Assembly (NCBI GenBank): GCA_977030845.1
Contig: OZ365113.1
Location: 18,290,001-18,354,000, forward strand
DNA from: Fimbriosthenelais zetlandica
Taxonomy: Eukaryota
Length of the DNA stretch: 64,000 nt
Direction: 5' to 3'
Below are positions 23,042 through 32,500 of the stretch, in pieces. The position numbers and the translations under genes were made by a program. Every line of letters starts with the position of its first letter. The stretch's first letter is position 1. The notes beneath the pieces were generated by a model. It had not been told where the DNA came from. It searched no databases and saw only the letters and a program-made list of their open reading frames with translations.

Positions 23042-23425
23042 TATGTTTTCTCTTTTAAGCTTTTTGTTGCTTAAGGTGCTGGGATCAATTCCCATATTTC
23101 CCTAGGCCTATGCTTTTTCCTTTTTAGCACTTTGTTTGTAACTAATAATTATCAAGTGCTCAATATGTTTTTCTGGCTGTTTCTCGTAATTTTACGAATT
23201 TTAACTTTCCTGCTTAACTTTTCTTTATTTCTGAAATATGCTATATTGGCCTATATGGCATTTAAGTGGCAGCAGCAGATGCTGCAGGGGCAGGTGCAGC
23301 AGCAGCAGATGCACTAGCAGCAGGAGTTCAAGCTATTGAAGCTATCATGGGCGCCACTCAGCCAGCTTTACCTTGGATTAAATAACTATACCTTGTAGGC
23401 CTAGTGGAACAGCCGCAGTGTAGAA

Positions 23426-23497
23426 GCCTTGGTAGCTTATGTAGTAGAGTATTGGATTTGAAACACAAGGGTAACTTGTTCGAATCCCTTTTAGGCC
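23426..23497 (+). pseudogene. Diverged B/C-intermediate tRNA-like cassette, anticodon position TGA (23459-23461)
   Basis: Begins GCCTTGG like type C but continues TAGAGTATTGGATTTGAAA..GTTCGAATCCC like type B. Confidence 0.6.
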
Positions 23498-23822
23498 TAT
23501 GCCTTCTCACTTTTGGTGCCTGATTCTCTATGGAAAATCCTCACCTCCTCTCCCATTATATTTTAAAAAATTATCAAAACCTTTTCTGACGGTTTCTAAT
23601 ATTTTAACTAATTTTCTAACGTTTTGCCTCAGCAGCAGATGCAGCAGCACCAGAAGCCTCGGCAGCAGGTGCAGCGGTAGCAGATGTAGCCTTTGTAGGA
23701 GCAGCAGATGGAATAGCAGCAGATGGCAAAGCAGCAGATGGCGAGAGCCAGAGCCGAGAGCTTTATCTGAGAAATCTTACAAAACAAGCGTGTTGGGAAA
23801 TCGTTAGCACATGTAGGCCTAA

Positions 23823-23894
23823 ACCTTGATAGCTCAGATGGTAGGCTCTTTGGTTTGAAACCCAAAGGTCCTGAGATCGAACCCTCCTTTGGAT
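23823..23894 (+). pseudogene. Diverged type C tRNA-like cassette, anticodon position TGA (23856-23858)
   Basis: TAGCTCAGATGGTAGGCTC TTTGG TTTGAAA CCCAA AGGTCCTGAGATCGAACC. Confidence 0.65.
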
Positions 23895-24123
23895 CTATGT
23901 TTTCTCTTTTTAGCTATTTGTTGCTAACTAATAATGATCGACTGCACAATCGGTTTTTCTGCCTGTTCCTCATAGGCCTACGTTAACCCATTTTAGCTTC
24001 CCTTCTTGATAGATCTCCACACATTTAGCTTGTGACCCCCTAGCGTCTAAAGCACAAATTGGCCTCTATCACTCACTTCCGGTCTGATGCCCGTCAGATG
24101 CGAGAAAATTTGACCTCTAGAAA

Positions 24124-25519
24124 ATGGCCATGTTAGGTAAGTAAATCCTAATGTTTGGGTCCCAATAATTATTTTGCATTCCATCACTTGAATGTATTCA
24201 TAATCGTTGAATTAGGCATCGTTGATTGCTTTGAAAATGAGCAATGTATGAGACTGGTTGTCAAAACCACGTATTATCGCTCAAAGTTGTGCGCGTGTTT
24301 ATAAATCTTACGGACCCCTTATATTGCATTATTGGCCTTAACTTAATAAATACCGTTTCTGGATATCTTTTGGTGTCCCTAATATGACAGGCATACTTGA
24401 TTTTATTTTAGGTGTTGGAAGTTTATGTCGGCTAAACATCCGCCAGCTGAGCTACACAGCAGCTGTCTCAGCAATAAGTAAACCGCCAGGACAAATAGGA
24501 GAATGGAGGATAAAGTGAGTATGGCCCGGTAGACCATCCCTAGCTATTAAGCCGGGACTAGAGTTTTTCTGAAATAATTAATTTTCTGTGGAAAATGGAT
24601 GAAATACAATTGAGACAAGAGACTGAAAATAAATATGTTATCCTCATCAATTATTTCGAGCCCGTCTCAAATAATAAATTAATAGAATTGGCCTGGCAAA
24701 AACTCTAGCCCCCACCCACTTCGTATTCTAATGGTCTCCCACTAATATTGTTATCTTAGACTTACTGTTACTGTACAGAAAACATGTTCAACCGTTAATT
24801 CTTTATTTTATTTTCACAGGAGAGGTATGGGACCATGTGGAAATGAGTATGGGCCGTTAGCTGAGATACCGGATTGGTCTTATGCTGGTATGTTGATTGA
24901 TGATAATTAATCTACCCCCTGACAGTTCTTTTTTAAATATCGAAACTGCACGAAATGAAGGTACAACCTGTTACACTACCAGTGTACGATTTACTTTAAT
25001 CTCCATTTATATATTGATTTAACATCTCTATCAAAAATGACCCTAATTAGAGTATCACTGTATGGTACGCGTCCTAAAATATTTCGACTCGAGAACTCGT
25101 TCCTGGGACCTTAGTGGATGTCTTTATGTAAGAGATTTAAATATGGCAAAGGAACCGTGCCTACTAAAAGTGTTGATATCTATTTGTTTCATCTGTTTTA
25201 AATAGATGGACGACCAGCCCCGTTACGACCGAGACAAATTGAACGCCGACAAAAACAGATTGAAATGTGTGTAAGTATATTTTATCATTTTCTCGAGTTA
25301 CCAGGTACATAATAGAGAACATGTATGTTTATCAGATTTATCAGAAGTAGTCCTTGCGTTACATGATATTTTGTGGCATATTTATTACAGGAAAGAATCG
25401 TGCAGTTAACAAAAGAAGTAAAGTTTGCCAGAGAAAATCATGCTCGTAAGGAAGAGGCCAAGCGACAAGAAAAGGAGCGCTTTTTATCCCGTAAGCTACG
25501 ACCCAAGATTCAAATGTGA
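24124..25519 (+). CDS. MRPL52: Mitochondrial ribosomal protein L52 (mL52)
   Basis: Five exons starting at about 24124, 24412, 24820, 25207 and 25391, with stop at 25517-25519. They give [53 protein letters not shown]..KLRPK, which contains the conserved YGPL..[12 protein letters not shown] motif of mL52. Confidence 0.93.
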
Positions 25520-25748
25520 TAACAATAGATTAGGTGTCTTGTAGATTCGATTTGGTTTATTACAGTAGTTTCATTACAGATTATGCAGTACCGGTCCTCA
25601 ATAAATATCAATACTTAAGCACTATAACTGTTATTTAATTATCAGTCGTGGGTTAAATAACTAAGACAATTTAGTTTCGTACACAATACATGAAAAGCTA
25701 TACACCCTCTCTAAAAAGCCGTACTCCCTAAAAGTAAGAATTGTAGAT

Positions 25749-28700
25749 TCATTGATCCATTTTCGCCCTAACAACGTACAAAGTTTTTCCTGACAACACA
25801 TATAAGCGTTCTGGAGTGGCAGCAATACCATGAATGTCGTCAGCATTGTCAAGGCTCACCACCTGTTGCTTTGCGACTGCAGTCACCGTTCTTCCAGTTT
25901 TCCTATTCCTTAGTGGGGATAGTATATCGTCAGGGCGGCGATATATGTAAATATGCCTGCTGCAGTCAGCCACGAAACAGTAAGAAAAGTCCGAAGCACA
26001 TCCAGCAAACTTTTTGTTAATTTTAGACGCCTGAACGTAACCAAACGCGTGGAATGTAGCTTTATGTTCCCAGGGGCAAGCACTATCAGCATCCATTGTC
26101 GGTTGCCAAAGCAATCCATCGACATCATGGCGAAAGCAGATGGCTGGTGGTTTTCCTGCTATTAAGTTTGTGTTGAATAACCATTGGTTACTGCCAAGGT
26201 GGACCTGAAAATGTTCGAAATTAATCAAAGTCTGGATATAACGAGTTTTCCTCTCAGATCACGAGTCGGAACTGATTTGAATGGGCTATAAGACGAATAT
26301 AGTTTTCTGATAGAAAAAGAGATATTGAGTAAATTATGTATTTATGCATGAACGGTTCTACATGTTACTGTATACATACCAGGTGTGTAGCTTGATGTGT
26401 TTCCCCGTCTATTCTGAACATGGTAGAATTATCGTCAGGGTACAGATCACAGTCTTCTAACTGCTGGGCGTTATATGCTGGTTTCTGTCCCTCTTCTGGA
26501 TCAGGATTCTGCAAAGAAACACAGTCATTTGATAACCTGTTTTAACAATAGAATATTTTTGAAAACTTCATACACACGAATCCTCTCAAAGAATGTCAAA
26601 ACTCATGAGATATAATATGAACTGCAGAGAATGAGCGAACTTATAAAATATATAAATTTCTGAAGTTTTGAACTACCGTACAGTGTTCCAAGTAAGAATA
26701 AAGGGATAGGTTAGAAGTTACATTGTACTCACAAAGCGGTCTGACGTTAAATGAGCGAGTCGCTCGTGTATCAGTTTGACCTCGTTAGGATCAAGGACCA
26801 TGCGCCCTCTGGTATCACCACAGACGACAAGATGCCAGGCCGTGGAATCTTTCTTTAATAATGTCAGTTCCAGACTGTAAACAGAAAATGTACAACGTTT
26901 ATTCAATTAAGGCAATTAGCTGATTTGGCTTGATCGTAACACTATGGACTCCAGGAGGCAAACTAGCATTAAAAATTGGCTGATTTCTACGTTTGTTCTA
27001 AACTAGCAATATCCCTTTTCCATTATCAACTATATTCTATCTTATTTTCGGTGGTATAGATAAACATAAAACGAAACCATTATTGAATCCAGGGTTTTTA
27101 AATACATACCGATTTGCCTCTAGCGTCCATGTGCTTCCTTCCACATCTACATCGTACTGGAGTTCACCATGAAGCAGGTTCTCCCCATTCTTTATTCCCA
27201 GCTCTATCCCACCGGGTGTCAGATGGAAAGCTATGTCTGATTTACTGACCGACTCAGGCAGTGTAAACTGAACTGTGATTTCTTCATCTGTTTGCTGCCA
27301 CGTGTATGTTGGTGGAGGTTCTGAAAAAAACACGGACAGGATACTATATTGTCTGTTCTATTTATGAGTTATATTAAATCCTCCCATCCCCATTTCCCTT
27401 TGAATTTTAATATTATAAATCGGTGGAGATTGGGACGTCATTTTACCTTCAGTTGTATCTTGTTCCTTGGGTTCTTCCACAGGCTTAGCTGAGTCGTAGA
27501 CCATTTTGAAAGGCCGTTCAGCAGAGATATTAACAGCTCTTCCATTTGTCTCCAAGGCTGCATGGTCAGGGCTTCTATTCCCAGTCAGACGTCTCGTCCT
27601 CTCCCGACTCCAGTTTCCATTTGTCACTGCTATAATTGAATTCAAAATTAGTTTAGAATAAAAATAATAGTCAACCGTTTGGTTAGGGCGACCATAAAAC
27701 AAGACGAATAAAATGCTTGGTTTATTACTTGAAAACTTACCGGTCACAAATGTGAGCCATTCCAGCACTGTTACAAATAGAGATTTATTGGACTCGTCTG
27801 AAGTTTCTGATTCAGGTAAAGGGTCTACATGAAGGAGGAGGCAGTCCATTCGATGAGACTCGTTATCAGTTTGGACCGTTGAATGAAGTATAGTGAATGG
27901 TTTCCCTTCTCCCAGGCAGGTCTCCGAATAACTCCCCTGTAAGAAAATCATGTACATGTATTTTATATTCAAGCGGGTCATTTAAATGATGTACTGGTAG
28001 ATAGGATCTAGATCTTATTCCAATGATCCAATTTTTCTATATTAATAATCCCTTCAGGCTTCGAAACCATAACTCAATTAAGAAATGTATTAACAATATC
28101 AAAAAAATATTTCTTTTAGTTTTGCACCAATTATATGAATCAATACCGGAACACATACAGTCCATTTCTCCTGGTCCTTTCTGTCCCCAGTTGCAAGGAT
28201 GAAGAAATGACCGGCACCGTCTGCTAGTAGAGCCCAGTGTGAACTGGGGAAGGAAAGAGTCGGGTTATGACGACCTGGCTGATGCTGCTTGTTGGCATGG
28301 TCCGGAATGATGAAAACTTCGGCTGGAGGTGACAAAGATGTTTCCTGTGGAAAATTGGAAAGCTTGTTAGGTATGCCATCTATGTGATAGTATAGGCTAA
28401 ACAAAATAGTCATTATTGTATTTATATTAAATATGTTGTATTAAATCATCCGTTGGTGCCTATTTCAGAACCCGTACGTTAAATTTTTTATTAAATGATC
28501 GTGTGGTTGCTAGTCTAATACACCAGAGTAACACATCTTATTATTAATATTGTACTTTGTAGGGGATAATCTTACCAGAATAACTCTCTGAGCGAACACC
28601 CTCCATGACTTATCAATGAAGTAGACGGTATCAGGATCCCACGGATCGACCACAAGATGATTGTGAACACCAAAGGCTTTAACATGTTGGTAGGAGTACT

Positions 28701-29152
28701 GGTCGTCAGACAGCTTCACTTCACCTATCTCTGTTCATTTTATAAATATAATTTGTAGGCTATTTATGCCGAATTATAGATATATTTAAATAACATGTAT
28801 ATCAGATTAATAATAAATATAGAGAAGTCCAGGCTTTCAACTAACTCTTGACGTACACCTGATGTACCGGTATGTCCATGACCTGCCCTATTCGTGACGT
28901 CATTACTTCCACGTCATTCTCAAAAAAGGCCCATGCTTTACGCCATGACTGGCATGAGTGCGTGAGTCGTGTGGGCTAAAACTCATTTTAAAAGATAAGA
29001 CAGCATGTACAAAAACAGGAAAATAGAAAATATTAATTACCTTCATCAAGCGCACTTCTGTAAATTGATAATTTATCTAGGGATAATTTGTAGCCGTCAA
29101 AATTAGGATCTAACAAACTCCGATTAATCTTCAGTTCTACCGAGGCCGCCAT
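25749..29152 (-). CDS. NUDCD1: NudC domain-containing protein 1 (CS/p23 co-chaperone)
   Basis: ATG at 29152 gives MAASVELKINRSLLDPNFDGYKLSL..EVKLSDDQYSYQHVKAFGVHNHL. A CS domain (YTWQQTDEEITVQFTLP..VDVEGSTWT) and a C-terminal CFRHDVDGLLWQP..HAFGYVQASK follow. Confidence 0.95.
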
Positions 29153-29221
29153 TTTGCCGACAGTAAAAATGGTAAAACACGGCAGATGAAACTTTGGTGC
29201 GTTGTAACGGTGTGATAAACA

Positions 29222-29246
29222 GGGGATTTCCCAGATCGTGACGTCA
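29222..29246 (+). promoter_or_regulatory. NF-kB site GGGGATTTCCC (29222-29232) and CRE TGACGTCA (29239-29246) in the NUDCD1/RIPK1-like divergent promoter
   Basis: Exact matches to the consensus motifs; a second TGACGTCA lies at 28895-28902. Function is inferred. Confidence 0.55.
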
Positions 29247-29576
29247 GAGCACGGAACTTACTGGCCCAGATGGGAAGTGCAACATTGGCAAAGAAAATTG
29301 CGAGATATCATAGAGAAAAGGGACAGGACATACAATAAAAGTAAGTTAAATGAGAAAACTATTATCGGTAAATAATTTTCCATACGCTCTGGAGATACTA
29401 ATGCCGTTAAACCTTTGAAATACCCGATGCAAAAAAGCAGCGGTAGGCCTGTCTGGCCATTGCCATTGCTTTGGCCTTGGTCTGATTGTCAACATCATTA
29501 CTTTTGGCATGCTCTTTTCTTAACTCCATTTTCTGTTGATTTTTGTGAACTGCAGGTGTGCGTAAGATCTACAGCC

Positions 29577-32500
29577 ATGGCATCTGGTGGAAACAGGAAT
29601 AATAATACACGAGGCCTACCAAGGGTAGAAAAAGATAAATTAACTCTGGAAGATGAACCACTTGGTTCTGGGGGTTTCGGCAAGGTTTTCCGTGCCTGTC
29701 ATGCAGACTGGGGAAATGTTGCTGTAAAAAAATTAGAAACGTGTGCTGAAGTAAAGAAGCGGTAAGTGTAGGTTATTGAAGCCCACAATGATAATAGGCA
29801 TGTATACGGGTAGCCTACCGGTAGTCATTTTTTTCTTATTTTTTTTTTATAAGCTTAGGCCTATCTTTGGTTATGGAATTATTTGATGTATATTATATAT
29901 TACACACATTTACTTATGATATATATTATTTTGTTCACTCAACAGGTTTGCTAAACCTCTAATAAGAGAGGCAGAGAATCTTTATTCCTTGAGACATCCC
30001 AATATCGTCCTCTTCATGGGAATAGTAATGGATGGAGATTTCAATGCTATCATTATGGAATATATGGCTTACGGATCATTGGACGACCTATTAAGAGGTA
30101 GCATATATCTATAATTGCCAATAAACATTTAATAATATGTAATTTATCTCATTGTTATCAAAGCAGGGATATAATAGTACTATATTTTCTTTCATTTCTC
30201 TGGAAGGTTATGTATGTATAACCAATTGTGTACCGGTATGTTATAACATGCTGGTATTAAGGAATAACCAAATAATATTTTTAATCATTCATGAGTATGC
30301 GACACATTGGATTTTCCAGAGAAAGATGTACCCTGGCCTATAATTGTGAATTTCGTGTCTGAGATAGTTCTGGGTATGAATTTCCTCCATACAAGACAAT
30401 CAGCCATAATACACCGAGATTTGAAAGCACCCAATGTGCTCATTGGAGATGGACTTAAAGCAAAGGTTAATTGTTTCTGACATTTTCTATTGCTTGGCAA
30501 GTTTGTGAAATTTTAGTCATCCATGATTTACCAAAGGAAATGACGCCACGTTTAAGATGTATATTTTTCATGATTTCTTTGTATTCTAAGTGTTGAAAAT
30601 CATTTATAACGTTATAACATAATATTTTATCATTGTGCTTTTTTCATGCAGATAGCTGACTTTGGACTCTCAGAGTGGCGTTCCTATTCACGCTCTCATA
30701 CGAAGCGTACACCATGTATGGCAGGTACTCCCGCCTATATTGCCCCGGAGAGCTGGAATGACATTAATGCTGAAGCAACACTCATGTTCGATGTATATGC
30801 TTTCGGCATATTACTCTGGGAAATTATCCATAAAAAACAACCGTTTGAAGGTATTAATTAAACATACACATGTTCTTAAAGTTTAATTATAATATTCCGC
30901 TACTGAACTTTCGTTTATGAAAACGTTATTTCCTAAATGGACTACACTTTTGTTTGGAAATATTCTTATTTGGTATTAGAATGTTTGACAGGAGAAATAT
31001 TTTGTTAAAGTCTCAATTCTATTCTCTTATTTTAACTCAATCTCAGGTGTGCCAGACTCACAGATCAAGGTATGTGTCTGTGAAGGTCAGAGACCTTCTA
31101 TCAATAGACTCCCTGAAGATGTTCCACAAGTCTTAGTATCATTGATGCAGAAATCTTGGGCAGCAAAACCAAAGGACAGGCCTAGATTTCAAGGTAATTT
31201 ACCGGCGACAATGGTTCAAAGTTGAATAACAAACCTCCAGTCAATATTTCCTACGCGAAATTATTAGGAATTTGAATGTAATCTTTAACCCTTTAATGCC
31301 GAGCCCTATGGAAGCGACAGTGCCAGTAGTACGGGGGCCCTGACCTAGCCCTTAAAATGGCCATTTTGATCATTATTTGACACCTCAGGTGAAGAGTACA
31401 GTTTATATTTTATTCAAAATTTGGGTATCTCCGGTTTCTACTTTTTCCACTGCATCCAACCATGTAAGCATTATAGTAGTCTCTAACATATAGAAAATGT
31501 TATGACGGTTAGAATATGGAAGAATTTCCAAGAATCTGATGAAATTTTGAACTTTATTACTTCAATATTTTGGCAAAAAAATGCTAAAAATAATTTAGAA
31601 AATTAAAAAAATGTTAAAAATACACTTTTCATAACTTTTTGTCCTTAATACAGTGAAACTATGATTTTGGCAAAAAATCCAACTTTTAATTATGCAATTT
31701 CGGTTTCCATGGCAACCAGTTTTCTGAAAAAAATAAAATATCCCTCAATTTTACTGTTTCCTTGGTAACAGGTCTATGCGGGGTCTACAATCAAGGAATA
31801 GAAATTTATAGAGCGTGATCCAAGCTCATAAATAAAATTTACTTTGTGAAAATCGGATGAAAACTAAGAAAATAATCAAAGAATTACTGCTTTATACATA
31901 TGTCTCAAATAAGGGGGTAATTGGATTTGGACTATTTTTTCTTGTGAAATTGCCATGCTCAGCAAAATCACAGGTTCTTGAAAATTTCTGACTTGCCCAC
32001 TTTCAAAGGCCGAATCTTCACTTCTACTGGGAATTTCAAAAAGATTTTTTCACCAAAATGTAGCAAATTCCTTTTTCTATCTTGGAAAAAATGGCTCCAA
32101 TACGGCTTTAATGCAAATTTGCATTCCCCGTACGTTTGCGGTGATGCAAATATGCATTCCCCGGCATTAAAGGGTTAACTATTTCTCTATTTAAAAAAAG
32201 ATTTCTGACATTATAATTTTAGATATCAAAGATATTTTGGAGAAGGATTCAACCCGAGACTGTGTGAATATGGACTCCTTAAAGGCAGAACTTATGAGCC
32301 AGATATCGGTGAGTATCCCAATATCAAGTTTTCCTGCATATAATTATAATGATTGTCTATATCTAATATATGTAGCAACGGATAAAAAATCTTGAAAGAT
32401 TTGCAGGGAGAATTTTATTTTAGACGACTCATTGCATTTTCTTCCAGAAAGAAGAAAATAATCAAGTGAACGGTGTTGGAAATGAAACAGAGGGTGTAAA

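Larger units (their letters stand above)
21357..23745 (+). repeat. 15-bp-period minisatellite blocks: constant GCAGCAGATG plus a variable 5-nt spacer
   Basis: About 20 exact GCAGCAGATG copies in blocks near 21357-21460, 22234-22340, 22519, 22827-22915, 23270-23315 and 23631-23745. Example: gcagcagatg-gaata-gcagcagatg-gcaaa-gcagcagatg-gcgag at 23701-23745. Confidence 0.9.
20655..24035 (+). repeat. Higher-order tandem array of tRNA-like cassettes and GCAGCAGATG minisatellite blocks
   Basis: Segments starting near 21114, 21991 and 22584 are near-identical over about 300 bp. The monomer is [GCAGCAGATG blocks]-ATGGGCGCCAC(T/C)CAGCCAG-spacer-tRNA-like cassette-T-rich tail. A more diverged copy lies at about 23268-24035. 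Confidence 0.92.

Noticed and set aside
21357-23745. CRISPR-like repeat-spacer array
   Set aside because: The repeats (10 nt) and spacers (5 nt) are far too short, the context is eukaryotic, and there are no cas genes.
21323-23865. Gln-rich (+) and Ala-rich (-) ORFs across the array (e.g. 21349-21603, 22819-23058, 21323-21640)
   Set aside because: Open frames follow from the 15-bp periodicity. The + ORFs start at non-ATG codons and run through tRNA-like cassettes, and copy 2 has a +4 frameshift. There is no splice or homology support.
32260-32275. STRD-CV as the RIPK1 caspase site (same DCV as human)
   Set aside because: It lies upstream of the SLKAEL segment that aligns with human SLKKEY, so it is not positionally homologous; likely coincidence.
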